From Alphaproteobacteria bacterium (GTDB taxonomy: Bacteria; Pseudomonadota; Alphaproteobacteria; UBA828), in the NCBI GenBank assembly GCA_965221125.1, contig CBDCRW010000004.1:960001-1024000 (forward strand): 64,000 nucleotides of DNA, read 5' to 3'. Of this stretch, positions 19,506 to 28,946 are shown piece after piece. The translations under genes were made by a program, and so were the position numbers. The notes below the pieces were generated by a model that was not told where the DNA came from, searched no databases, and saw nothing but the letters and a program-made list of their open reading frames with translations. The stretch's first letter is position 1; the number at the start of each line of letters is the position of its first letter.

Positions 19506-20446
19506 AACTTCGGGACGCAATCTCTCAGTACATCGAATGGCGACGAGTCCACGGCGCCAAGTTCGAAACCGGTGCCATCACCCTCAACCTGTTTCTAAGG
19601 AGCGTCAATGCGGACATTGACTGTGACGCTGTCACGCGGGCGCAGATCTGCGCATTCCTTGCGGGCGATGGCCGACTTACCCGAAATCGGGAGAACAAGT
19701 ACGGCGCGCTAAATGGATTTTATCAGTTTGCGACTAGCCGCGGATACGCAAGTTCTTCGCCGCTGCCGGACAACGAACCGAGACCTCCAAAGTCAGCACG
19801 GTCTTACATCTTCTCTCGCGATGAGATTCGGCGCATGTTCGACGCTATAGAGTTTAGCCGGCGACATGCGCTGCAGTTAGATGCGGATACCTTCCGCACT
19901 CTGCTTCTGCTTCTTTACGGAACCGGTCTAAGGGGCCAGGAGGCCCGGAAGCTCACGGTGGCGGACGTTGACTTGTCGGCTGCAGTGCTCACCGTGCGTA
20001 ACACTAAGTTCTTCAAGAACCGCTTAGTACCAGTCGGACCGCAACTCAACGGTGCGTTGAAAACATATGCGGTGAAGCGTGCAACTCGATCGTTCCCGCA
20101 GGGGAGAGATTCCGCCTTTCTGGCAAATCGGGACGGAACGCCGCTGCATAAAGATACGATACAGTGCGCCTTTGCCGGGCTGCTTCGCACAGCAGGGATA
20201 CAGGGAACGGACGGTACATGCCGACCTCCGTGCCTTCATGCCTTCAGGCACACCTTCGCCGTACACAGGCTGACAGAGTGGTATCGGAAGGGCGCGGATG
20301 TGCAGCGGCTGTTGCCGTATCTCTCCACTTATCTCGGCCATTCAGAGCTGGCCTACACCCAAGTCTATCTTCCAATGACGCCGGAGCTTCTGCATGAAGC
20401 GGCGCTCCGCTTGGAACGCTATCTGCGGGGAGGGAACGATGAATAA
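19502..20446 (+). CDS. Tyrosine recombinase (RIT B)
   Basis: LLYGTGLR, TKFFKNRLVP, HAFRHTFAV and LSTYLGH...T.VYL. Confidence 0.95.
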   Translation: MKLRDAISQYIEWRRVHGAKFETGAITLNLFLRSVNADIDCDAVTRAQICAFLAGDGRLTRNRENKYGALNGFYQFATSRGYASSSPLPDNEPRPPKSARSYIFSRDEIRRMFDAIEFSRRHALQLDADTFRTLLLLLYGTGLRGQEARKLTVADVDLSAAVLTVRNTKFFKNRLVPVGPQLNGALKTYAVKRATRSFPQGRDSAFLANRDGTPLHKDTIQCAFAGLLRTAGIQGTDGTCRPPCLHAFRHTFAVHRLTEWYRKGADVQRLLPYLSTYLGHSELAYTQVYLPMTPELLHEAALRLERYLRGGNDE

Positions 20447-21434
20447 CAATCAAGTGCTGGGACCTTGGGTCCAACGCTTCTTCCAAGAATACCTTGTAAC
20501 TGAGCGCAATGTAGCTCAAACCACCTGGGAGAACTACCTCTGGACTTTCAAACTGTTTGTGCCGTTTCTCTGCACGACGCTCAAGAAGGCCGACTACAAG
20601 CTAGCTGTTCACGACATCACGTCAGAACTCCTTCTGAAATTCCTCGCTCACGTTGAGCAAGGTCGGAGCTGTTCTGTGCAGACTCGAAACCAACGGTTGA
20701 CAGCCATCCGAGGCTTTGCCCGCTTCGTCGGCGGCCGAGATCCTACACATGTCGGATGGTGCGGTCGAATTTGCAGCGTTCCTTTCAAGAAGGCGATACA
20801 ACAGCCGATAGTCGCGCTCAGCAAGGTTGATGCGGATGCCATGCTTGATGTTCCGGACCGGTCAACGGAGCGAGGCCGTATCGAATACGCCGTTCTTCAC
20901 CTTCTTCGACATGTCGGGGCACGCGTCTCCGAAGCCACTCAACTACGAGTGGGTGATGTGCAAGTCGGGCGCCGCGACGGGCGCCATGCTCTTGTGACGC
21001 TGCACGGAAAGGGCGGCAAGATACGTCAATGCCCGTTGGTGCCGGAAACCGAGCGCGCGTTGACGCCACTGGTCCAAGGTCGCGAGACAAGCAAGGCTGT
21101 CTTCCTCAGCAGGTATGGAAGGCCGTACACTCGGTTCGGAATCTATCGACTTGTCGAGCGTTGTGCCAGCCAAGTTCCTGCCTTGGTCGATAGGAAAGTA
21201 ACTCCTCACGTCTTGAGACACACCGCAGCCTGCGAAATGGTGCGTGCGAGAGTGGACCTCAACACGATTCGGGCAGTGCTGGGGCATGCCAGTCTCGACA
21301 CGACAAACGTCTATGCGGAGATCGATCTCGAACTCAAGGCGCAGGCGCTCGCACTATGCGATGCCGCCGAGCCGGGGCCGGACCGACCGTGGAAGGAGAA
21401 AAAGGGCCTGATGGCCTTTCTGAACTCGTTGTAG
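20439..21434 (+). CDS. Tyrosine recombinase (RIT C)
   Basis: TRNQRLTAIR.F, GARVSE, GKGGK.RQCPL, HVLRHT and LGHASLDTTNVYAE. Confidence 0.95.
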   Translation: MNNNQVLGPWVQRFFQEYLVTERNVAQTTWENYLWTFKLFVPFLCTTLKKADYKLAVHDITSELLLKFLAHVEQGRSCSVQTRNQRLTAIRGFARFVGGRDPTHVGWCGRICSVPFKKAIQQPIVALSKVDADAMLDVPDRSTERGRIEYAVLHLLRHVGARVSEATQLRVGDVQVGRRDGRHALVTLHGKGGKIRQCPLVPETERALTPLVQGRETSKAVFLSRYGRPYTRFGIYRLVERCASQVPALVDRKVTPHVLRHTAACEMVRARVDLNTIRAVLGHASLDTTNVYAEIDLELKAQALALCDAAEPGPDRPWKEKKGLMAFLNSL

Positions 21435-21443
21435 CCCAGAAAG

Positions 21444-21526
21444 TAATGTTGCGGTGATTCCGGGCCTCTCCGCGCTGGCCGGGGGGTACCGGGCTGACCG
21501 CAACATATGGTCCACCAGCACATTAG
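21444..21526. repeat. RIT right inverted repeat (83 bp)
   Basis: Perfect reverse complement of 18114-18196. Confidence 0.92.
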
Positions 21527-21528
21527 AA

Positions 21529-21554
21529 GCCAAATGTTGCGCGCAACATTTGGC
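21529..21554. repeat. 26-bp perfect palindrome at the RIT right end
   Basis: GCCAAATGTTGCGCGCAACATTTGGC is its own reverse complement and carries the same ATGTTGCG motif as the IRs. Confidence 0.9.
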
Positions 21555-21558
21555 CACT

Positions 21559-21915
21559 GTCATCGGCGATCGGCTGGCGCCGTACTTCGACGGGGCCATG
21601 CCCGAGCAGTGCATCGTCAACGAGTACCGCCCCGGCCAGGGCATCGGCATGCACGCCGATCACAGTTCGTTCGGCGACGTGGTGGTCTCGCTCTCGCTTG
21701 GCGACGCCTGGACGATGAACTTCCGGCCCCGTTCGGCCCGCCCCTACGTCCGCGAGGGGCTGGCGTCCGACGAGGTGGCGCTGCTTCCCCGCCGCTCCGC
21801 CCTTGTCCTGCGCGGACCCGCCAGGAGCGCCTTCATGCACGGGATCGATCCCGCCGCCAACGCCAGCCGCACCGAGACGCGCGTCTCTGCGACATTCCGG
21901 ACGCTCTCCCGGTGA
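21559..21915 (+). pseudogene. AlkB-family dioxygenase, 3' part
   Basis: QCIVNEY.PGQGIGMHAD (HxD), VVSLSLG, LPRRS.LVL.G.AR, HGI and RVSATFR. Confidence 0.9.
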
Positions 21916-22096
21916 TCACCACCGCCGTTTTCGTCCGTGCCGCAGGCAAGGTCGTCGGCCACCCGGCGGGCCTCGGAGCAGGCGGCAGACGAGAGTGAAG
22001 GGAGGCTTGGAGAAGGTGAGCAGGGCGGGGCCGAGGAGAGGCTCCAGCCCGCTCGTCAACCTTCGTCATCAACTCGAATCGCAAGGAGACACGATC

Positions 22097-22540
22097 ATGG
22101 CGTTCGGACTCAACTCCGCTCAGATCATCGGCCGGCTGGGCGCCGATGCGACCATCAGCAACCTCGCCTCCGGCGGCCGCGTCGCCAATATGTCGGTGGC
22201 GACCGACGAATCCTATATCGATCGCCAGAGCGGCGAGCGGGTGGATCGGACAGAGTGGCACAGGGTCGTCAGCTTCCAGAGCGGGCTGATCGACATGCTG
22301 GAGAAGCACGCGAAGAAGGGCCGGTTGGTCTACGTCGCGGGCAAGCTGCAGACCAGGAAGTGGCGCAAGGACGGCGAGGACAGCGACCGGTTCTCGACCG
22401 AGATCCTGCTCGTGCCCGGTGGCCGCGTGCAGTTCCTGGATCGCCCCGCCGGCACCAACGGCAACGGTGCCCAGACGCCCGACGGTGAGGCTGCGCCGGC
22501 CGCCGACGCCGATCCCGCTGACAGCACCATACCGTTCTGA
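22097..22540 (+). CDS. ssb: Single-stranded DNA-binding protein
   Basis: LN..QIIGRLGAD, TEWHRVV, KG.LVYVAGKLQTRKW and a C-terminal IPF. AAGGAG RBS. Confidence 0.95.
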   Translation: MAFGLNSAQIIGRLGADATISNLASGGRVANMSVATDESYIDRQSGERVDRTEWHRVVSFQSGLIDMLEKHAKKGRLVYVAGKLQTRKWRKDGEDSDRFSTEILLVPGGRVQFLDRPAGTNGNGAQTPDGEAAPAADADPADSTIPF

Positions 22541-22577
22541 GCGAAGGGTTTAGCGGGCTTCTCCCTTCCGCTGGCCT

Positions 22578-22619
22578 TGGCCGGACCCGCGTCCCTCCCG
22601 CGCGGGTCCGGCCATTTTT
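22578..22619 (+). terminator. Intrinsic terminator after ssb
   Basis: 14-bp stem TGGCCGGACCCGCG/CGCGGGTCCGGCCA followed by TTTTT. Confidence 0.75.
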
Positions 22620-22821
22620 GTGCAGCTTGTTCCGAGTCCCTCACGGGCCGGACGGTGGGGCTCGCGCTTCGCGCGCCGCCCGCCGTCCCGGCTCCCATAA
22701 GAGAAAGAGTGAGGCCGGGACCGGGGGCGTCCCACTCAGCGGTCAGCGAGGTCCCCATGCTCCCCATCACCGCCGACGGTCCCGGCTTCGCCGGGTCCCG
22801 TTCGATCCCGAAGAGTGCGCC

Positions 22822-23802
22822 ATGAACACGGCCGCCGTCGCCGCCGCACTCGCCGAGCGCGCCGAGGAGGTCTGCCGCCGATACCTGCCCTACGGACGCC
22901 GCCGGGGCAGGTACTGGGTCGCGGGCGACCTCGACGGCGGGCGCGGCCGATCCCTCTACGTCCGCCTCGCGCCTCCGGGTGCACCCGGAAAATTCACCGA
23001 TGCGGCCACGGCCGAGCATGGCGATCTGCTCGACATCATCCGTCACCGCATCAACGCGCCGACGCTTCGCGCGGCGCTCGACGAAGCGCGCGCCTTCCTC
23101 GCCCGGCCGGCTGCGCCGGCCCAGGGCGCGGGCGACGTCTACGACGCCACCGAGGCGGCACGCCGCCTATGGCGGCGTTGCCGCGCCATCGACGGCACCC
23201 ATGCCGAGGCCTACCTGCACGCCAGGGGGCTCGACCGCTGCCGCTTCGCCGCTCTGCGCTACCACCCTGCGTTGCTCTACAGGGGTGTCGGTGGCGCGCG
23301 CCGACTGCCCGCGCTGGTCGCCGCCGTCACCGGCTCCGATGAAGCCGTCTGCGGCGTGCTGCGAACGTGGTTGCACCCGACCAGGCCCGCCAAGGCGAAT
23401 CTCTCATCGCCGCGCAAGGCCCTCGGACGGATCTTCGGACATGCCGTCCGCTTCGGCGACCCCGCCGACGGAGCTTCGCTCCTCGTCGGCGAGGGCATAG
23501 AGACCGTGCTCTCGCTGGTGACCGCCGTGCCCTCGATCGCTGCCGCCGCGGCGCTCTCCGCCGGCAGCCTCGGCGCATTCGCGCCTCCGCCGGGCGTCGC
23601 CCGCCTCGTCATCGCCAGGGACAACGACGAAGAAGGCGAGCGCGCGGCTCTCCGTCTCGCCCGGCGCTGCGCGCGGGCGGGCTTCGCCACCACCGTCATC
23701 GTGCCTCGCGGCGCCGACTTCAACGAGGACTTGCTCACCTTCGGTCCCGCCGCGCTCGCCGCCTGGACGGCGGCCGCGCTCGGAGACCGGGAGCTCGGGT
23801 GA
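22822..23802 (+). CDS. Toprim-domain primase-like protein (plasmid/ICE type)
   Basis: N-terminal YLP.GRR.GRYW..GD...G.SL.V.L; GT.AEAYL..RG; Toprim motifs VGEGIET.LS, IARDND..G and DFNEDL. Confidence 0.85.
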   Translation: MNTAAVAAALAERAEEVCRRYLPYGRRRGRYWVAGDLDGGRGRSLYVRLAPPGAPGKFTDAATAEHGDLLDIIRHRINAPTLRAALDEARAFLARPAAPAQGAGDVYDATEAARRLWRRCRAIDGTHAEAYLHARGLDRCRFAALRYHPALLYRGVGGARRLPALVAAVTGSDEAVCGVLRTWLHPTRPAKANLSSPRKALGRIFGHAVRFGDPADGASLLVGEGIETVLSLVTAVPSIAAAAALSAGSLGAFAPPPGVARLVIARDNDEEGERAALRLARRCARAGFATTVIVPRGADFNEDLLTFGPAALAAWTAAALGDRELG

Positions 23803-23879
23803 GGGCAGCCAGGGGGCGAGCCGCACGGAGAGGAGAGAGAGTTCTCTCCGCGCCAGCATCACGCTACGGGGAGAGCACA

Positions 23880-24107
23880 ATGAGCAGCGACATCAGGTTC
23901 CGGCGGGTGGGCGAGAACGAGGCCCACATCTATCAGCACGGCGACCACGTTGGCGACCTCTATCGCCATGACGACATCCTCAACCGCGGCGAGGTGTTCT
24001 ACGTGGTGCATCTCAGCGAAGACCCCCGCGGTCCCGTCAGGGTGCACGAGCGCCATCGCGTCCGCGAGGTCGCCCGCCGCCTCCTCGACACCCACCCGAT
24101 GCTGTGA
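23880..24107 (+). CDS. Hypothetical protein
   Basis: GGAGAG RBS, 75-aa ORF with GC3-rich codons. Confidence 0.6.
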   Translation: MSSDIRFRRVGENEAHIYQHGDHVGDLYRHDDILNRGEVFYVVHLSEDPRGPVRVHERHRVREVARRLLDTHPML

Positions 24108-24761
24108 GCGGTGACGAGCGCCACCGGCGGTGTCATCGGCGGCACCGGGAGCGGCTCGCTCTCAATCCCCTTGCCCGGCCGGCGGCCGGCACCGTGCCTC
24201 CACTCGCCTCGACGGTGCCGCGCCGCTTGCAGGAAAAGAAACAAAGGGTCCGTCCGTCGTGTCCTTACATGATGTCACGCGTGCTCGCGGCAGCAACCCT
24301 GCGGGTGTTCCACCCTTCGGGTGCTTCGGTCGCTGCGCTCCCTGCGCCCTGGCCCAAGGAAGTCTAAGGCGGGCCGTGAAGTTCGGCGACCGTGAAGATG
24401 GCTTGCGTGTAATCACCAACCGCCTCGTCTTGCAGCGCGCCGGCCCCTCGCGCGGGGCCGCCGCGTCACGCTGCACCGCATCAAATCCATTCGCGGAACC
24501 ATTCGTCGCGGCGCCTAGACGCCGGGCAGGCCCAAGCGGGCCCGCCCAGCCCGGCGCCGTAATGACCACTGGAATGGATTTGCTGCGGAGCACCGTTTCC
24601 ATCGGCACGCCGGCGCCATCTTCCGCACCAACATCGCCGAACTTCCGCACCTAAACCCGCCCAAGACTTCCTAGGGCCAGGTGCTGCCACTGCGCGCGCG
24701 TGAATCACAAAGGACATCACGACGGGGCACAGGGTCCCGGAGGATGACAAGGGAGATCGTC

Positions 24762-25679
24762 ATGATCGATACTTCAAGCGCTACAGCGTCTGCAACTGCC
24801 ACCGTTTGCGAGAGCATGGCCCTCTACGGCGCAGCGCCCGAGCGCGGCGAGCTCGACAGCAGGGTCGTCTGGGACGAGGACGATGCCATCGACGCGCTGA
24901 ACGAAGCCATCCGCATCATCGTCGACGGCATCACCGTCGACGGCACTCAGATGGCCGACGAGCGCGAGCCCCTCATGTGGGGCCTGACCAACATGCTGCA
25001 CAGCCAGCTCACCCGCCTCGACCGCGCCGTCGATCGCATCGCGCCCGAGATGCGCGACCTCGAGAAGGCGCAGGATGGATCGGAGGTCAAGGCCTGGGAG
25101 CTGCAGACTATGACCGACCGCGCGCAGAGCCTCGGCGATCGCAGAGACGCCTTCGAGAAGCTCCGCGACCTCGCCGCCGACGCCTACCGCGTCGAGACCG
25201 GAGACACCTGGCGCCCGCGCCACGGCTCGCACGCGAGCCAGACCGGACAGCTCACCTCCGCCGCCATCGACGCACGCGACTTCCGCAGAGCACGCAAGGA
25301 CCGCGAGACCCGCGCGCACCTGCCCGAGGGCACCCTGGTCGCCATCACCGGCGGCAAGACCGTCAGCGATGCCGACGCGGTCTGGAGCACGCTCGACATG
25401 GCGCGCGCGAAGTACGGCGACATGGTCCTGCTACATGGCGGCGGGCCCGGCGTCGAGAAGATCGCCGCGAGCTGGGCCGAGGCCAGAGGCGTCAACCAGG
25501 TCGTCTGCCGCCCCGACTGGAGCGCGCACGGCAAGGCCGCGCCCTTCCGCCGCAACGACGAGCTGCTGAACTTCCTGCCCAAGTGCGTCATCGCCTTCCC
25601 CGGTAGCGGCATCACCGGCAACCTCGTCGACAAGGCGAAGACATTGGGCATACCGGTCATGCAGGTACAGGCCGCGTAG
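24762..25679 (+). CDS. DUF2493 / YspA-like SLOG protein
   Basis: LTSAAIDARDF, VAITGG, LLHGG.PG.E.IA..WA, PDW..HGKAAPFRRND and FPG.GIT.NL.DKA. Confidence 0.85.
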   Translation: MIDTSSATASATATVCESMALYGAAPERGELDSRVVWDEDDAIDALNEAIRIIVDGITVDGTQMADEREPLMWGLTNMLHSQLTRLDRAVDRIAPEMRDLEKAQDGSEVKAWELQTMTDRAQSLGDRRDAFEKLRDLAADAYRVETGDTWRPRHGSHASQTGQLTSAAIDARDFRRARKDRETRAHLPEGTLVAITGGKTVSDADAVWSTLDMARAKYGDMVLLHGGGPGVEKIAASWAEARGVNQVVCRPDWSAHGKAAPFRRNDELLNFLPKCVIAFPGSGITGNLVDKAKTLGIPVMQVQAA

Positions 25680-25696
25680 CAGCGCGCATCCACGAC

Positions 25697-25731
25697 AGCG
25701 GCCGATCCCCGATGCGGGATCGGCCGCTTTC
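25697..25731 (+). terminator. Likely intrinsic terminator after DUF2493
   Basis: 13-bp stem AGCGGCCGATCCC/GGGATCGGCCGCT with a short T tail. Confidence 0.6.
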
Positions 25732-26108
25732 GTCATGTTTCACCACGGGCGTCATCAGCGTCGGCCTGTGCGCCGGCACATCGGCATGCGCACCGGAAAA
25801 CCGAGTGCGTGCGCTCAGGCCGGTGCCGCCGCGCTTCGCGCCGGCGACGTCCGCGCTCTGTGCGCCGTCTGATCTTCTCTCGAGAAACTCCGCCGCCATG
25901 CGTCCGGCTCGGCGCGTGCGCGCCATCGCCGGACGCTCGCCTCGCAGCGGCGCGCGCATGGACAGCGCGCGCTCCCGCTTGTGCCGGTGACGATGATCGC
26001 GGCGATGAAGATGGCGAGGATGCAACCGGCGAGTACAGCCGCCGACATCGTGCCGCAAATCACCTTCGACCCATGGACTGCATCTCCCATGCGCGTGCTC
26101 GGCGTCAG

Positions 26109-26197
26109 CGCCGTCGCCGATGGCGACGAGCGCCACGACACCGCGCCCGACATCGCCGCCGCCGATGGCGACGAGCGCTACGACGCCTCGCCCGACA
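26109..26197. repeat. Two tandem ~45-bp imperfect direct repeats
   Basis: CGCCG(T/C)CGCCGATGGCGACGAGCGC(C/T)ACGAC...CGCCCGACA at 26109-26152 and 26154-26197. Confidence 0.8.
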
Positions 26198-26775
26198 CTG
26201 GTGCCGCCTCGCCTGAACGGCCCGGCGTCACCGAGCCCCGCACTCGTGACGATCATGGTGATCGGTCAACTGCGCCTGCCATGATCGCATGCCCGATCCG
26301 GTCGCGATGCACATCGTTGCGTGCCCGACCCGATCGCCCCTAAGCCCTGCGGACTCCGGTCTTATTCCTGCCGCAATTCAAAAGGGCTGGCCCTGACCGC
26401 TTCTATATCGAACTTGTGTCCCCCTCGACGCTTGCGCGCTTCTGTCCTCACACCCCACGCGCCTGAAGGCGCAAAGCTATTCTGAGGCGACATAGCCTGT
26501 CATGGCCGGACACGAGAGGACGGAATTGTAGCGAATCCACAGGCGGCGGCGTTGGAACGAGCGAATCACATTGAAATACGGCCCCTAGCCGCCTGATTGG
26601 ACGCATGTCTTGACAGGTAGAAATACATTGAAATACGAAGGCGCTTTGCGACTCTAACCGGTTCGTAGTTCTTTGAAACACGCGACTTGAAGGGCTGACA
26701 GGGCGACACATGTCCGCAATCCGGGGCGCGAAAGGGTGAACGCCCAGCAAGATTGCCTTGCGGGAGAGTGCTATC

Positions 26776-27159
26776 GTGACGAACAAGAGCAAGACAAGAC
26801 CCCGCCCCAAGACCCAAGTCGACGAAAAATCGACCGGGACTCGCTCGCCGCGGACCATCAGATTCACAGATGCCGAGTGGGCGAAGGTCCAGCGCGCCGC
26901 AGCAGCAGCCAACATTTCGACGGCCACCTTCGCGCGAAACGCCGTCCTGAACGCCTTAGTCGAACCCACGGAGGCCTCGGACGGCGCCCTTCCGCCCGGC
27001 CTGCTCGAGCTGGTCAAGCGCACTTATCGCAGCGCCTACATCCTTTCGACGCTCAAGCGGGACGACATGATCCGCGAAGGGCGGCAGGAACAACTCGAAC
27101 GTACGGTTCAGGCAGCCCGCGATGCCGAGGCTCACGTCCTGGGCGACGCGTCCGAGTAG
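26776..27159 (+). CDS. Ribbon-helix-helix (CopG/MobC-like) protein
   Basis: RTIRFTDAEWAKVQRAAAAANISTATFARNAVL is an RHH pattern. GTG start after GGGAGAG; the start is uncertain. Confidence 0.65.
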   Translation: MTNKSKTRPRPKTQVDEKSTGTRSPRTIRFTDAEWAKVQRAAAAANISTATFARNAVLNALVEPTEASDGALPPGLLELVKRTYRSAYILSTLKRDDMIREGRQEQLERTVQAARDAEAHVLGDASE

Positions 27160-27349
27160 GTCGTAGTACCCGCCACCTCAGCCTCTCGGCACGGCATTCA
27201 TCGGAGCGCTTGACGGCGGCAAGCGCACCGAGCAGATGTTCGTTGCCGACCGGCACGGCCATACGGCCGGAATGCACAGGCTATTCGCGATCCGGAGGAT
27301 ATCTTGAGCCCGGAGCATCATGGCTTGGGACAACTCGAAAGGACGCCGT

Positions 27350-27782
27350 CATAAGAGTCCGTGAGACAGCTTCCTTGGCGCTGTCGGCGCTGCCCGCTGC
27401 GGCGATGGCAACAGAGACGGTGCTGATCGATATCGGCGCATTGCCATCCCAAATAGGTCTACGCTGTCGCGGATATCATACCTCTGGCCGTTTCGCCGTC
27501 GAGCAAGCTGGCTGTTGTCTTGCTCGACCTTGAGGAAGGCGAGGTCTTGCCGCCTCATGCTACCGAGAGCGGTTTGCGCCTGCTGACGGTGATTTCGAGT
27601 ACGATGTCCTGGGGCGATGGCAGCGAGGTCGACGAGACGAAGGAAACCGTCTGTCCACCCGGAAGTGTGCTGACCATCCCCGCTAAGCTCGACCATTGGC
27701 TGGCCGCGCAGCGAACCGGTTCGCATTCAACTGATCTTGCTCGATGAAGAAGCCTTGGTTCCAGGAATACTGGAACAGATGA
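27350..27782 (+). pseudogene. Degraded secreted cupin-domain gene
   Basis: A signal-like segment (LALSALPAAAMA) and cupin motifs (VLPPH, LLTVIS..MSWGDG, PPGSVLTIPA..DHW) are spread over different frames. Confidence 0.45.
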
Positions 27783-27884
27783 AGGAAAGGCGGTCCCGCC
27801 GGCTCAGTATGGTCGCTGCTCGCCCAGGGTCGGCCTTGCGAGCAACGGCACATAGCAGCATCTCGCCTGATCGTCACTGATCGC

Positions 27885-28529
27885 CTATCGGCGATAGATG
27901 CTGATGAGCCGCGCAACCAGAAGGGCTATGTAAAGTACGCCGGCGACCGCCTCCAGAGACGTCCAAATCCGCGCCACAGCGGTCACCGGACGGATGTCGC
28001 CGTAGCCCAGGGTCGTCAACGTCGTGAGGCTGAAGTATAGGAAATCGTTCCAGCCGACCGACGCGCCCGTTCCCGTCAGATCGAATGAACCCGGCACAAG
28101 GGTCTCGATGAACCGATACGACACTCCCCACACGACGCCGATCAGCAGATAAACGGCCACCGCTCCGCAGAGCGTGTCGAAATCAGCCTCACTGACTGCG
28201 ATTATCCGACGAAGCATTGGGCCGAGCGCGTACATAAGGAGGCAGATCGCCAGACCGTCGGAGATCAGGACCGTGACATCTCCCGTGAACGGCCTAGCCC
28301 ATGTCACCACGGTCCACGCGACGGCCAACCCTGTCGCGGCGACCAGGCCGGCTTTGCGGTTGCTCGCCACATATGCCGAGGCGGCCAGAAGAAGAGAAAA
28401 CAGGGTCAGAAGGACTGCCCGGCCCACGGCGGCCTCCTCCGCTACAGGTCCGAGGATGACCAGAAGCAGCAGAGCTGCGAGCAACCCGGAGAAGCGAAAA
28501 CGTCCGAAAAGCCTATTGTTGATTCTCAT
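27885..28529 (-). CDS. Potassium-channel-family (Ion_trans_2) membrane protein
   Basis: Several TM segments and the pore motif YFSLTTLTTLGYGDI.P. The start could be 28541. Confidence 0.85.
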   Translation of the reverse strand: MRINNRLFGRFRFSGLLAALLLLVILGPVAEEAAVGRAVLLTLFSLLLAASAYVASNRKAGLVAATGLAVAWTVVTWARPFTGDVTVLISDGLAICLLMYALGPMLRRIIAVSEADFDTLCGAVAVYLLIGVVWGVSYRFIETLVPGSFDLTGTGASVGWNDFLYFSLTTLTTLGYGDIRPVTAVARIWTSLEAVAGVLYIALLVARLISIYRR

Positions 28530-28946
28530 CACCAAGACCATGCGAAGAGACGGGGAGTCAGACTGAGCAGCCTCGTCAAACGGCTCACGGCGCCGGTCAG
28601 CGGTTCCGGCCGCAACCGCCCATTGTCCCGTCGACCCCGACAGTCCCGGCAAAATAGACCGCTGTATGGATCACGGTCTTGAGCCGGTGCGTCGCACCTT
28701 CTGTCATTGTGAACAGTTTGAGGCCGATGAAGCCGCCGACGGCACCCGTCACTGCGGAAATGAAGCGCAGTACCTGCTTCTGCCTCAAGGGCAGATGTCT
28801 TCCGTGAAGAGGTTACGCCGTCAGCGCATCTGCTCATGGCGCGGCACTGTCGAGGGAATTGAAGCAAGTCGGATTGGATCTTCAAGGCTGTTCTGCGAAC
28901 GGGCTCATGCTACTGCACAGGCAGTGATACGGGCGAGAATTGCGGG

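Larger units (their letters stand above)
18116..21558 (+). mobile_element. RIT (recombinase-in-trio) element, 3443 bp
   Basis: Three overlapping tyrosine recombinase genes, lower GC than the flanks, an 83-bp perfect IR, and a 7-bp direct repeat GGCCACT (18109-18115, 21552-21558). Removal restores ...PFPRWAT-VIGDRLAPY... Confidence 0.93.

Noticed and set aside
26109-26197. 45-bp tandem repeat as a CRISPR array
   Set aside because: Only two adjacent copies, no spacers and no cas genes.
28597-28788. 63-aa hydrophobic ORF upstream of the ion channel
   Set aside because: No recognisable motif or clear RBS; it may be a remnant but cannot be supported.
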